64,000 nucleotides of DNA from an uncultured Chloroflexia bacterium (GCA_963776385.1 CAVZME010000011.1:465195-529194), one strand, 5' to 3'. Positions 20,121-29,928 are shown, counted from the stretch's first letter. Notes: generated by a model from the letters alone, not told the origin. Translations and numbers: made by a program.

Positions 20121-21371
20121 TCAGTGACCGTCCCGGAGTGATCGGAACGCGGCACGGAGTTCCGCGGTGAAGATGTCGGGCTCCTGCCATGCGGCGAAAT
20201 GGTTGCCCCGACCGACTTCATTGAAGTAGATGAGGTTTGGGTACGCCTTCTCGCTCCAGCTCCGTGGGGCCTGGTACAGCTCGCGGGGGAAGACACTCAC
20301 CGCCGCAGGGACCGAGGCACCCTTGACGTCGAAGAAGCCGAGCGTGTTCTCCCAGTAGAGCCGACCTGAGGACACGCCGGTGTTGGTCAGCCAGGTCATT
20401 GTGATGTTGTCGAGGACCTCGTCCCGCGTGAGATCGTCAACGGGGTCACCGGCGAACGCCCGTGCGATGTCCTCGAGGCTGTACGCGTCGTGATCGAGCA
20501 TCCAGGCGGCAAGGGCGACCGGTGAGTCGGCGAGCCCGTACAACGTCTGCGGGCGATTCCCCATCTCGAGCGCGTACCCGACGCCCTTCGTGAAGAGGAA
20601 GCTCAATCGGTCGTAGGCGCGTTGTTCGTCGGCCGACAGACCGGACGGCGCGGGGTCGCCGGTCCCGAATACATTCGAGGTGAGCGCCTTCGAGACATCG
20701 GGTGGAACGGTTCCCGGCATGTTCGAGTGGATGCCGAGCAACTCCGGCGGTGCCTTCGTGCCGATGACATCCGTGATCTGAGCACCCCAGTCGCCACCCT
20801 GCGCGACGAAGCGTCGATATCCGAGGCGCCGCATGAGCACGATCCAGGCATCCGCGATGTGGACGGGGTCCCATCCGGTCGCCGTCGGCTTTCCCGAGTA
20901 CCCGTAGCCGGGCATGGACGGGACGACCACGTCGAATGCGTCGGCGGCGTCGCCACCGTGTGCCGTCGGGTCGCTGAGCGGCCCGACCACGTTCAGCATC
21001 TCGATGATCGAACCGGGCCAGCCATGGGTGATGATCAGTGGCAGCGCATTCTCATGCGGCGACCTGACGTGGATGAAGTGGATGTCCAGGCCATCGATCT
21101 CGGTCAGGAACTGCGGGAGCGCGTTCAGCCTGGTCTCGAGCCTTCGGAAGTCATAGTCGTCGGCCCAATAGCGGACGAGTTCCCGCATCGTCGCCAACGG
21201 CACGCCCTGCGACAGATCGGCGACGGTCTCCTTCTCGGGGAAGCGCGTCGCGTGGAGCCGCCGGCGGAGTTCATCGATCTCCGCCTGGGCGACGTCGACC
21301 CGGAATGGCCGGATGTCGGCTCCCTGCATGGATCGCTCGGCGGTCGCCTGATCCGGAGCGTTGGTCGCCAT
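20121..21371 (-). CDS. epoxide hydrolase (microsomal EH-like, alpha/beta hydrolase)
   Basis: EH N-terminal domain ([20 protein letters not shown]), HGWPGS oxyanion motif, GGDWGA nucleophile elbow. Confidence 0.85.
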   Translation of the reverse strand: MATNAPDQATAERSMQGADIRPFRVDVAQAEIDELRRRLHATRFPEKETVADLSQGVPLATMRELVRYWADDYDFRRLETRLNALPQFLTEIDGLDIHFIHVRSPHENALPLIITHGWPGSIIEMLNVVGPLSDPTAHGGDAADAFDVVVPSMPGYGYSGKPTATGWDPVHIADAWIVLMRRLGYRRFVAQGGDWGAQITDVIGTKAPPELLGIHSNMPGTVPPDVSKALTSNVFGTGDPAPSGLSADEQRAYDRLSFLFTKGVGYALEMGNRPQTLYGLADSPVALAAWMLDHDAYSLEDIARAFAGDPVDDLTRDEVLDNITMTWLTNTGVSSGRLYWENTLGFFDVKGASVPAAVSVFPRELYQAPRSWSEKAYPNLIYFNEVGRGNHFAAWQEPDIFTAELRAAFRSLRDGH

Positions 21372-21738
21372 CGCGCACCTCCCGATCGCAGGGAGCGCCC
21401 GCCGGGCCGGTCCCGGGTGCCCTCACCTGCCGCTGCTCGCGCCTCGGTCGATCCGTCGGTGGTCGGGGGGCCAGCACGACGGTCGGGGACGCCGATATCG
21501 CCTTCGGCGCGGCCATCCAGTCTACCCCCCCGTCGCGGCCGGCGGTCGTCTCAGGGCTCGACCGCAACCGTCGCGAGCCAGATCTAAGCGAGCCATGGTC
21601 GGTGAGCGATTCGACGAGAACGTCCCGCATCGCTCGTGGCCCACGTCGCCAAAGCGAGGGGGGCGAGGCGAAACGTGCCCAGGCCGCCACGATGACCGAC
21701 CGACCCACGGACCTGTGCGGCGCTAGACTCACCGCCAC

Positions 21739-23439
21739 GTGAGCACCGAGACGACCACGACCCAGGAGCGGACTGACTTCATCCGCGACATCGTCGCCAC
21801 GGACATGCGGTCCGGCCGGTACGACTCGGTGGTCACGCGCTTCCCGCCCGAGCCGAACGGCTATCTGCACATCGGCCACGCGAAGTCGATCTGCCTCAAC
21901 TTCGGGATCGCCGGCGAGTTCGGCGGCCGCTGCAACCTCCGATTCGACGACACGAACCCGATCAAGGAAGAGCAGGAGTACATCGACGGCATCGAGGCCG
22001 ACGTGCGCTGGCTCGGCTTCGACTGGGGCGCGGACCTGCACTTCGCGTCGGATTACTTCGAGCAGCTATACGACTGGGCGAACCACTTGATCCGGGACCG
22101 CCACGCCTACGTTGACGACCTCTCCGTCGACGAGATCCGCGAGCACCGCGGCACTCTTACGGAACCCGGGCGGGACAGCCCGTGGCGTGACCGGCCGGCC
22201 GAGGAGAGCCTCGGCCTGTTCGAGCGCATGCGCCACGGCGAGTTCCCCGACGGCACCCGTGTCCTGCGTGCCCGGATCGACATGTCATCCCCGAACATCA
22301 ACCTGCGCGACCCCGTCCTCTACCGGATCGTCCATGCCGAGCACCCACGGACCGGCGATGCCTGGTGCATCTATCCGACCTACGACTTCGCGCACGGCCA
22401 GTCCGATGCGATCGAAGGCGTCACCCACTCGATCTGCACGCTCGAGTTCGAGGCTCACCGGCCGCTCTACGACTGGCTCCTCGAGAACCTGCCGGTCCCA
22501 TCCCGTCCGCGACAGTACGAATTCGCCCGGCTCAACCTGACCCACACGGTGCTGCACAAGCGCGTCCTGCGACGTCTCGTCGACGAGGGCCACGTGCGGG
22601 GCTGGGACGACCCGCGGATGCCGACGATCGCCGGCCTGCGCCGGCGCGGCTTTCCGGCCGAGGGCATCCGGGACTTTGCCGCGAACATCGGCGTGTCCAA
22701 GGCTGACAGCGTCGTCGAGATCGGCCAGCTCGAGCACGCGGTCAGGAATGTCCTCAATCGGACGGCTCCCCGCCGCTTCGCGGTCCTCGACCCGCTCAAG
22801 GTCGTGATCGAGAACTACCCCGACGGCCAGGTCGAAGAGATGGAGGCCGTCAACAACCCGGAGGACCCCTCGGCCGGCACGCGGACGGTAGCTTTCAGCC
22901 GAGAGCTGTGGATCGAGCGCGACGACTTCATGGAGGAACCGCCACCCAAGTTCTTCCGGCTCGCCCCGGGCAGGGAGGTCAGGTTGCGGTCGGCGTACTT
23001 CATCACCTGCCAGGAGGTCGTGAAGGACGCGTCGGGCGTCGTCGTCGAGCTCCGCTGCGCCTATGACCCTGCGACACGCGGTGGCGACGCGCCAGATGGT
23101 CGCCGACCCAAGGCGACCCTGCATTGGGTCAGCGCGACGACCGCGGTCCCGGCCGAGGTCCGCCTGTACGACCACCTCTTCTCGGACCCGTACCCCGGTG
23201 CGGACGGCCGGGACCTCTTCGCGGACCTCAACATGGCGTCGGAGACCGTCCTGTCGGGGTGCGCCGTCGAGCCGTCGCTCCATGAGGCGCGCGTCGGCGA
23301 GACCGTCCAGTTCGAGCGGCTGGGCTATTTCAGCCTCGACATCGACTCGACCCCGGAGCACCTCGTCTTCAATCGGGCTGTGACGCTCAAGGACACCTGG
23401 GCCAAGGTCCAGGCGCAGGCCAGGCCAGGTCCGAGGTAG
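21739..23439 (+). CDS. glnS: glutamine--tRNA ligase
   Basis: Class I HIGH motif ([17 protein letters not shown]) and the GlnRS-typical anticodon-binding C-terminus. The tRNA-Gln gene lies 27 bp downstream. Confidence 0.9.
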   Translation: MSTETTTTQERTDFIRDIVATDMRSGRYDSVVTRFPPEPNGYLHIGHAKSICLNFGIAGEFGGRCNLRFDDTNPIKEEQEYIDGIEADVRWLGFDWGADLHFASDYFEQLYDWANHLIRDRHAYVDDLSVDEIREHRGTLTEPGRDSPWRDRPAEESLGLFERMRHGEFPDGTRVLRARIDMSSPNINLRDPVLYRIVHAEHPRTGDAWCIYPTYDFAHGQSDAIEGVTHSICTLEFEAHRPLYDWLLENLPVPSRPRQYEFARLNLTHTVLHKRVLRRLVDEGHVRGWDDPRMPTIAGLRRRGFPAEGIRDFAANIGVSKADSVVEIGQLEHAVRNVLNRTAPRRFAVLDPLKVVIENYPDGQVEEMEAVNNPEDPSAGTRTVAFSRELWIERDDFMEEPPPKFFRLAPGREVRLRSAYFITCQEVVKDASGVVVELRCAYDPATRGGDAPDGRRPKATLHWVSATTAVPAEVRLYDHLFSDPYPGADGRDLFADLNMASETVLSGCAVEPSLHEARVGETVQFERLGYFSLDIDSTPEHLVFNRAVTLKDTWAKVQAQARPGPR

Positions 23440-23465
23440 ACTCTCGGTGCCTGCACGGGCATCGC

Positions 23466-23537
23466 TGGCGCGTGGCCTAACGGTATGGCACCTGACTCTG
23501 GATCAGGGGGTTCCAGGTTCGAATCCTGGCGCGCCAG
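23466..23537 (+). tRNA. tRNA-Gln (anticodon CTG), second copy with distinct sequence
   Basis: Acceptor TGGCGCG/CGCGCCA, anticodon arm CCTGA-CTCTGGA-TCAGG, T-arm CCAGG-TTCGAAT-CCTGG, encoded CCA. Confidence 0.85.
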
Positions 23538-23555
23538 CCAACATTTCACGCACGA

Positions 23556-23590
23556 AACAGGCCCTCCGGGCTAGGAGGAGGGCCTGTTGA
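23556..23590 (+). terminator. GC-rich hairpin downstream of tRNA-Gln (AACAGGCCCTCC-gggctag-GGAGGGCCTGTT)
   Basis: Perfect 12-bp stem with a 7-nt loop. No U-tract, as is common in high-GC actinobacteria. Confidence 0.45.
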
Positions 23591-23721
23591 CTCGGGTCTG
23601 TACCCCCGCTCGTAACCCGTCCCCGGGGCGCGGGTCGGCACCATCGCGCCGGGCAATCGACGCATCTACAATCGGGACGTCCAATCCTGTCGGCTGACCC
23701 GACGATGCCACCAGCCAGGGG

Positions 23722-24687
23722 ATGTCCCGGATGCGACTTGCCGCACCGTTCAGCATCGCGCTCGTGCTTGCCGCGTCGCTCGTCGCTGCCTGCAGCGCGG
23801 GATCGTCCGGACCGACGCTGACCGGCGCGGGATCGTCCGGACCGACGCTGACCGGCGCGGGATCGTCCGGACCGACGCTGACTGGCAAGACGTGGGCACT
23901 GACCGCGGTCACCAGCAAGACCCCAGCGTTCCAGGGCGTGGTCCCTGACTACCAGCAGTCGGACTACACGATCACGTTCAACACGGACGGCACGTACTCG
24001 GGCACCGCCGCCTGCAACCAGATCGCCGGGACGTACACGACGAGCGGGAGCACATTGACGATCACTGCCGGCGCATCGACGCTGGCGTTCTGTCCCGGCA
24101 TGGACTTCGACACCGACTTCGGAGTGATCTTCGCCCACTCGCTGACGAACGCGTCGACCTACGCGGTGACGAGCGACACGCTGACGATCACGCTCAGCGA
24201 CGGGGGGACGATGACGTTCGGCCCGCCGCCGGTCGTCCCGTCGAGCGTCCCGTCGAGCGCCCAGTCGAGCTCCGTCGCGTCGGCCGTGCCTGGCGCCAGC
24301 CCGCCCGCCGACCTCGTCGGCAAGGTCTGGAAGCTGACGGCCATGACGTTGCTCACCCCGGCCTTCCAGGGCGTCGTGCCGGCCGCCGAGCAGGCGAACT
24401 ACACGATCGAGTTCCAGGCGGACGGAACGTTCGCCGCGAAGGCCGACTGCAACCAGATCGCCGGCACCTACGAGGTACACCGCGGCGGTGGCGAGCCGGG
24501 TCCACTTGAAGCGGGCGGCGGGGGGATCTCGATCCGGCCCGGACCGTCGACGCTGGCCGCCTGCCCGCCGGGCTCGCTGGGCGATCTCTACGTCGTCGGG
24601 CTCGGCGACCTGTCGAGCGTCGGGTTCGAGGGCGGTCAGCTCACTCTGGGGCTCTTGGACGGCGGGAAGCTCGTCTTCGGCTCGTAG
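23722..24687 (+). CDS. lipoprotein with two tandem META (HslJ-like) domains
   Basis: Signal peptide plus lipobox LVAAC. Triple AGSSGPTLTG repeat. Two repeats of the W.LTA...TPAFQGVVP...YTI.F..DGT..G...CNQIAGTY pattern. Confidence 0.7.
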   Translation: MSRMRLAAPFSIALVLAASLVAACSAGSSGPTLTGAGSSGPTLTGAGSSGPTLTGKTWALTAVTSKTPAFQGVVPDYQQSDYTITFNTDGTYSGTAACNQIAGTYTTSGSTLTITAGASTLAFCPGMDFDTDFGVIFAHSLTNASTYAVTSDTLTITLSDGGTMTFGPPPVVPSSVPSSAQSSSVASAVPGASPPADLVGKVWKLTAMTLLTPAFQGVVPAAEQANYTIEFQADGTFAAKADCNQIAGTYEVHRGGGEPGPLEAGGGGISIRPGPSTLAACPPGSLGDLYVVGLGDLSSVGFEGGQLTLGLLDGGKLVFGS

Positions 24688-25327
24688 ACACCGCCGGCTA
24701 AGGGAGGCGACCCCGTCGCCTTCGCCGCGCGCAGACGCGAGCCCCGATTCGCTAGTCTCGACCGCGGTTCGTGACTCCGAAGGAGGGCTCGGATTTCCAT
24801 GACCGCGCAGCAGCCCGTCCTCAGGGAGCACGGCAATGCCTGCGACATCTTCATCCTCGTTCCGACGGTGTTCTCGCGCGCGAGGGCGAGCTGGAGGGCG
24901 TCGTCCGGCGGTTCCGTTAGTCGCGGACATGGAACGGCCCCCGTCGCCGTCGGCAAGCGGGGGCCGATCGTGGTCGGACGTCAGCCGGGTCTGGGGTTGC
25001 TGTCCACCACGCCGGTGAATGGATTGTTGTGAGGGTCGAATGTGCTTCGTTCACCGGGGTGCTCGGGGCGCTCGGAGACCTCGCATCCGCCTCGATCGCG
25101 TCGTTTTGAAGACCGGAGACGACGTCGCCGATCCCCACCTGCGCCACAGCACTCGCGCGAGTTGCCGGCCCTCATCGGGCGCCGGTCCGCATGCGCCATT
25201 CCGCCTCCGCGCCGGGCGATCAACTCGGCGCGGAGGCGACGGTCGGTGAACGTGTCGTGGTGAGCCGGCGCCCGAGCGAGAGTCAGCCTCGCCCTAGGTC
25301 ACCGGTTTCGCCCCCTGACGGAGCCTC

Positions 25328-25450
25328 CTAGTAGCCCGACGTGCCGCCCTTGCCACACGCCGCGAGGATGACCGGCAGGGCGACCATCAGGAGCCATCCG
25401 ACGCGACGAAGCGAGGATCGGCAGCTCTCAGCCATCGCACGGGCAGTCAT
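25328..25450 (-). CDS. short lipoprotein-signal ORF (40 aa; predicted mature part C-GKGGTSGY), possible remnant
   Basis: MTARAMAESCRSSLRRVGWLLMVALPVILAAC lipobox. Start overlaps the stop of the upstream lipoprotein (ATGA). Confidence 0.25.
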   Translation of the reverse strand: MTARAMAESCRSSLRRVGWLLMVALPVILAACGKGGTSGY

Positions 25451-26004
25451 GGCTTGACCGCCAGCCAGTCGGTGTAGACGCCGTTCGAATCGCCGATCGC
25501 GTGATCGCCAGAGAAGAAGTAGAGCGGCAGTCCGTTGTACGTCACCTGGAGCGAACCGTCGTCCGGCCGGGTGATCGTCCCGATCTTGCCGCTGGCCCCG
25601 CTGCCGGCCGAAGGCGTAGCGCCGGCCGGCACGGTCAACGCGGGCCACGTCGTCAGGCACGACCCCGTGCACGCGCTCTTGCCGCTGTCTGCGGTGTCTT
25701 TCGCGAACGTGTAGACGGTCATCCCGTTCGCACCCGCCACGATGAGCGTGCCCCGGGCGCCGACCTGCGCGGTCGAAACGGTCGGACCTCCGGCGACCGG
25801 TCCGCTCGGAGCTTCGGACGGGGCACTCGCCGAGGGAGCTGGGTGGGTGGCGGCCGGCGCGGATGCGGCGGTCGTCGTCGGCGCCGGGCTCGGGACGGTT
25901 GCGGCGGGGCTCGCAGTGAGCGAGGCCGTCGCAGTGCTGCTGCACGCGGCCGCGAGACCGGCAACGATGACGATGGCAACCGCCATCAGGTTCTTGGAAT
26001 GCAT
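25447..26004 (-). CDS. secreted lipoprotein with Yx(FWY)xxD motif (COG4315-like)
   Basis: Lipobox LAAAC, Ala/Pro/Thr-rich linker, GTLIVAGANGMTVYTFAKDTADSGKSACTGSCLTTWP and LPLYFFSGD motifs. Confidence 0.65.
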   Translation of the reverse strand: MHSKNLMAVAIVIVAGLAAACSSTATASLTASPAATVPSPAPTTTAASAPAATHPAPSASAPSEAPSGPVAGGPTVSTAQVGARGTLIVAGANGMTVYTFAKDTADSGKSACTGSCLTTWPALTVPAGATPSAGSGASGKIGTITRPDDGSLQVTYNGLPLYFFSGDHAIGDSNGVYTDWLAVKP

Positions 26005-26175
26005 TGAGTGACCTCGTTCGGAGCCGTCGCACCGATCGGGGGCAGGCGGTCTGAAAGCTCCTACGCTTACACGGGCTGTTCCGGTTTCCTCGCGGCCGCC
26101 CGAAAGAGCGCAAACGCTGAGCGCAACACCATGAACCCATGGTGCCGCGATGCGGAGCTCCCGTGAGGCGATCGC

Positions 26176-26379
26176 CTAGAGGTCGCCCGGATAGTGGCTC
26201 ACGACCCGCTCGAGCTCGTCGGCCGTCATCGGCCGCCCCGTCCGCCGACGATGCTCCTCTTCGGCTCCTGCGAGCCATTCGATGCGGAGACGAATCCGGA
26301 GGTGCTCACGACGCAACCGCGTCGCTTCGAGGCCCAAGCGCTCCGAATGCGGACGGTGGGTCGCGTCGTCCGTGGCCAT
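26176..26379 (-). CDS. small protein A (67 aa), paralog of the divergent neighbour
   Basis: Shares RLR.E.[LM]AGA[DE]EE.R.RTGRP...DE[LV]ER....YPGD[LV] with ORF 26513..26749 at about 60-65% nucleotide identity. Confidence 0.45.
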   Translation of the reverse strand: MATDDATHRPHSERLGLEATRLRREHLRIRLRIEWLAGAEEEHRRRTGRPMTADELERVVSHYPGDL

Positions 26380-26425
26380 GCCTGCCTCCGCTGCCGCCCC
26401 TGGCGGCTAGGGTTGGAACTGCTCG

Positions 26426-26480
26426 CGAAGCCTCGCCGCCTGTCACCGATCCGAGGGATCAGATCCCGGCGAGGCTTCGG
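26426..26480. promoter_or_regulatory. nested palindrome between the divergent paralogs (candidate operator)
   Basis: Perfect 13-bp inverted repeat CGAAGCCTCGCCG...CGGCGAGGCTTCG with a 29-nt spacer containing a second palindrome GGGATCaGATCCC. Confidence 0.4.
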
Positions 26481-26512
26481 ACTGAAGATGACGTCGGGGG
26501 CTTGCAGTCGCA

Positions 26513-26749
26513 ATGGCCGGCGACGACTTCTGGACGCGCGGGCGCACCACATCAACGCAGAGCGCCCGAATGAAGGTGAAGCGCCCGGAACGCCCCATCG
26601 ATCCGCCGGAGTGGCCGCGGCGGCCGAACGTTCGCCTCCGCGCCGAGCTCATGGCGGGTGCCGACGAGGAGTCGCGCACGCGGACCGGACGACCGATAGC
26701 GCGGGACGAAGTCGAACGGGCGCAGCTGCGCTATCCGGGGGACGTATAG
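26513..26749 (+). CDS. small protein B (59-78 aa), paralog of small protein A
   Basis: Conserved C-terminal block RLRAELMAGADEESRTRTGRPIARDEVERAQLRYPGDV. Alternative start ATG 26569 (MKVKRPE). Confidence 0.45.
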   Translation: MAGDDFWTRGRTTSTQSARMKVKRPERPIDPPEWPRRPNVRLRAELMAGADEESRTRTGRPIARDEVERAQLRYPGDV

Positions 26750-26788
26750 TCCGGTCGCAGACGTTCGACTCAACCCGCAGATCGTCGC

Positions 26789-27744
26789 ATGTGGAGGGAT
26801 CCTATGAAGAACCCGCCGATCCTCATCGCGGTCCTCGGCTTTTTCGCGGCGCTCGCGGGGTTCGGTTTCTTGTTCGTTGGCCTGCGTATCGTCGGCTTCG
26901 ACTGGTTCGGGGTGCTCGGTGACCTCCCGGCCTTCGATCACGTCGGGCTGTGGGGCTGGCTCGCGATCGCCACTGGCATCATCTGGCTGCTCGCCGCTGT
27001 TGGCCTCTGGGCGCTCCAGCCGTGGGCCCGCTGGTTTGTGATGTTCCTGGCGGGCATTGCGTTGTTCGAGGCTACCCTGGCCTTCTTCCGGTTCCCGGGG
27101 ACGGGCGTCGCCTTCTCGATGGCGATCATGCCGGCGCTGATCCTCTGGTACCTGCGGACGAGTGAGGTAAAGACAGCGTTCGGTGAAGGCGAGCAGCCCG
27201 AGCCTGCGGCCACGGCTGCGCCTGTGGCGTTCGCGGCGCCCATCGAACCCGCGACGCCTGCGCCGGTCGCCGCGCCGGTCGTGGTCGCAGCGACGGCCGT
27301 GCCGGAGCCGGTCGAGGTCGCCAGTCGCGGCCCATCAGACCAGGATCGTGGACGTCGAGGGGATCGGCCCTGCGTACGCCGAGAAGCTCGCCGCGGCCGG
27401 CATCGCGACGACCGATGAGCTGCTCGCGGCGGGTGCGAAGCCCTACGACCGTGAGAGGATCGCGGAGGCCACCGGGATCAGCAGCAAGCTGGTCCTCGAG
27501 TGGGTCGACAAGGTCGATCTCATGCGTGTCCCGGGTGTCGGCCCGCAGTACAGCGACTTGCTCGAGGCCGCCGGCGTGGGCTCACCCGCCGAGCTCGCGC
27601 AGCGGAACCCCGCCCACCTCGCGGTCACGCTCCAGGAGGTCGTCGCCGCACGGCCGGGTATCGTCCGCCGGGTTCCGAGCGAGGCCGAGATCGCGGCCTG
27701 GATCGAGCAGGCGGCGCAAGCTCGACATGGTGGTCGAACACTGA
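26789..27744 (+). CDS. membrane protein (4 TM plus Ala/Pro linker) with C-terminal DUF4332 (helix-hairpin-helix) domain, apparent frameshift near 27330
   Basis: TM-rich N-term and A/P linker in one frame. DUF4332-like IVDVEGIGPAYAEKLAAAGIATTDELL...LMRVPGVGPQYSDLLEAAGV in another frame with no plausible separate start. Confidence 0.5.
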
Positions 27745-27853
27745 GCCCTGTCTCGCTGTGTACGAGGCTGTCCTCGGGCGCGGCGAGGATCCTCGCGGGG
27801 TCCGCCCGCCTAAGCCGATACGGCCGCGTTGGGTCGGCATCGCCTCCGTCCCT

Positions 27854-27899
27854 ACTCTGGATCAGGGGGTTCCAGGTTCGAATCCTGGCGCGCCAGCCA
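27854..27899 (+). repeat. direct repeat of the 3' half of tRNA-Gln(23466) (att-like)
   Basis: ACTCTGGATCAGGGGGTTCCAGGTTCGAATCCTGGCGCGCCAGCCA is identical to the 3' 45 nt (plus CCA) of the tRNA 4.3 kb upstream. The tRNA 5' half is absent. Confidence 0.8.
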
Positions 27900-28125
27900 A
27901 TCCCTTCTCTGTCGTGGTTTCGAGCTCGGCGGCCAATTCGGTCTCCGCCGCGGCCTTGACCTGCATGCGGTCGACCACGTTCTCCACCTGGCGCGACAGG
28001 CGTTCGAGCTGGGGGTCGCCCGGCTCGAGTGAGGCCTTCTCTCGTTCGAGGTCGTCGACCCTGGCGGCGTCCTCGCGGATGGAATCACCCGTCGCGCGCA
28101 GATCCTGCGTCGGATCGCTCATCGA
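27862..28125 (-). CDS. small coiled-coil protein (87 aa), C-terminus encoded by the att-like repeat
   Basis: MSDPTQDLRATGDSIREDAARVDDLEREKASLEPGDPQLERLSRQVENVVDRMQVKAAAETE. The last 13 codons run through the tRNA-derived repeat. Confidence 0.35.
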   Translation of the reverse strand, partial: SMSDPTQDLRATGDSIREDAARVDDLEREKASLEPGDPQLERLSRQVENVVDRMQVKAAAETELAAELETTTEKGLAGAPGFEPGTP

Positions 28126-28348
28126 AGGACCCTCCTCGTACGTCGATCCACCGACCCTCTCGGTAGACATACCAGATGAGACGCGGCTCCCCCGACAGCA
28201 GCCGTGCGTGGACTGCGGCCTTCGGGTAGACCGACCGGAGGCGGCGCTCGAGCTCGGTGACCTCATCCACGCCGTCATCGACGAAGCTCGCGGCCAGCGC
28301 CGCGAAGTCCTCGTCGTCGGCAGGGTTGGTGACCAGTGTCGGTCGCAT
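28085..28348 (-). CDS. hypothetical protein (87 aa)
   Basis: ORF only. Acidic N-terminus. Overlaps the downstream small ORF by about 40 nt. Confidence 0.25.
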   Translation of the reverse strand: MRPTLVTNPADDEDFAALAASFVDDGVDEVTELERRLRSVYPKAAVHARLLSGEPRLIWYVYREGRWIDVRGGSFDERSDAGSARDG

Positions 28349-28441
28349 CGGTCCTCCGGCCCGAGTATGCCCGCCCTCCGGACGACGGGAACCTCACCGT
28401 GAGCTGCGGCCATGTCACATCGGTCTTGCAGGTCGTAGGTC

Positions 28442-29067
28442 TCAGGCCGGCCAGTCGATGCACGTCAACCGCCCATCCGGCCGTGATACCGCGACGACGA
28501 AACGCGTGTGACCGAGATAGCGGCGGCGAGCGTCCACGGGTTCGATCCCGTCGAGGATCTCCGGGAGCACGCAGCGATAGAGCGAACCATGCCCGACAAG
28601 CAGCGCCGCCGTTCCCCTCTCGCCATCGGTCGCGACGAGATGAGAAACGAACGGGATGAACCGCTCACGCAGGTCCACGAGGCTCTCTCCCCCGTCGAGA
28701 CGCGCGTCGACCCTACCCTCCTCGAGCCACCGATGTTCGATCGCGTCGTGCGCTCGCCAGGCCTCTTCATCCGAGCGGCCCTCGTAGATCCCACAATCGG
28801 CTTCCCGCAGTGCGTCCGCGACCTCGGGACGGACACCGAGCGCGGTGCCCACGATCGCTGCGGTCTCGACGGCACGCCGGATCGGGCTCGAGATGATCCG
28901 CGCGACGCCCTCAGCCCGGACTGCGTCGGCGAGGATCCCGCCTGCTGTCGTCCGGTCGCCGTCAGCGGATGCGCCGAGTCTCGATTGGCGATGACGTGAT
29001 GAACGTTCGCTTCGCTCTCACCGTGGCGTGCGAACAGCAGCTTCATGGGCGACGATGGTATCGACAT
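28442..29067 (-). CDS. histidine phosphatase (phosphoglycerate mutase) family protein, apparent frameshift near 28950
   Basis: RHGESEAN catalytic motif at the N-term. The remainder (SPIRRAVETAAIVGTALG...LLVGHGSLYRCVL) is in a second frame. Confidence 0.65.
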
Positions 29068-29479
29068 GGCCTACGTGAAGGATCCCCGCGTCGACGCGTA
29101 TATCGCCGAGCTGCCCGACTGGCAGCGAGAGATCTGCGACCACGTCCGCGACCTCGTCCATGCGGCCGATCCCGCCGTCGAGGAGACGATCAAGCGGACC
29201 GTCCAGCCCTATTTCGTGCTCGACGGCAATATCTGCGCACTTCTGGCTGCGAAGGATCACGTCAACGTGTTCCTGTACGACGGCGCGATCGTGCCCGATC
29301 CTGAGGGGATCATCACGGCCGGGCACGACAACGCGACAGCCCGGACCGTCTCCTTCCGACGCGGTGAGCCGATCAACGAGCAGGCACTCCTGGCGATGTT
29401 CCGACAGATCATCGCCAACAATCGAGCGGGCGGTTGGCGCAAGCTCAAGCGCCAGGGAGAGCCGCCATCGGTCACCTAG
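29045..29479 (+). CDS. DUF1801 domain protein
   Basis: LPDWQREICDHVRDLVHAADPAVEETIKRTVQPYFVLDGNICALLAAKDHVNVFLYDGAIVPDP pattern. Confidence 0.6.
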   Translation: MGDDGIDMAYVKDPRVDAYIAELPDWQREICDHVRDLVHAADPAVEETIKRTVQPYFVLDGNICALLAAKDHVNVFLYDGAIVPDPEGIITAGHDNATARTVSFRRGEPINEQALLAMFRQIIANNRAGGWRKLKRQGEPPSVT

Positions 29480-29897
29480 ACCCCTCGATGAGGGCGTCGG
29501 TCGCAGCGTCCGGGACGCCGCCGTAGTACCGATCGAGGACCTCCGCGAAGACCGGGTCGTCGGGTGCCGCGCGATGGAAGAGCGTCATCGACGAGCCGAC
29601 CTTCAGCGCGTCGAGCGAGCCGAAGATGGCTGTCGCGGTCGGGCCGTTCGAGGCAAGGACGAGACCGGCGCACTCACGCAGGCGCGGGCCGAGGACGGGG
29701 TGCGCGAGATACGCTCGCGCCTCGTCCAGTGACTGGATCGCGTAGTACCGGGACGTCTCGCTCCGGCCGAGTCCCGCCACCTGCGGGAAGATGAACCAGA
29801 TCCAGTGGCCGGTCTTGCGGCCGACCCTGAGTTCTGCCCGGACGTCGTCGTAGACGACCCGCTGAGCCGCGACGAAGCGTTCGAGATCGAAGGCCAT
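29472..29897 (-). CDS. DUF1810 family protein
   Basis: MAFDLERFVAAQRVVYDDV...GRKTGHWIWFIFPQ signature. Confidence 0.6.
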   Translation of the reverse strand: MAFDLERFVAAQRVVYDDVRAELRVGRKTGHWIWFIFPQVAGLGRSETSRYYAIQSLDEARAYLAHPVLGPRLRECAGLVLASNGPTATAIFGSLDALKVGSSMTLFHRAAPDDPVFAEVLDRYYGGVPDAATDALIEGSR

Positions 29898-29928
29898 CGG
29901 GCCATCGTACGCGCGGCAGAATACGGCC

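Noticed and set aside
23503-24930. 475-aa minus-strand ORF (and similar long Arg/Pro/Gly-rich ORFs at 25328-26278, 43067-43800, 17188-19665 N-terminal 290 aa, 59536-60606)
   Set aside because: Low-complexity R/P/G/A composition, antisense to or overlapping genes with clear homology. These are typical stop-codon-poor artefacts of 70% GC DNA.
23541-27853. Prophage or ICE at tRNA-Gln
   Set aside because: No integrase, excisionase, phage structural or conjugation genes are present, and the region is only 4.3 kb. It was called a small islet or remnant instead.
27854-27899. Third tRNA-Gln gene
   Set aside because: Only the 3' 45 nt are present. There is no 5' acceptor strand or D-arm, so it cannot fold into a tRNA. 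It was interpreted as an att-type repeat.
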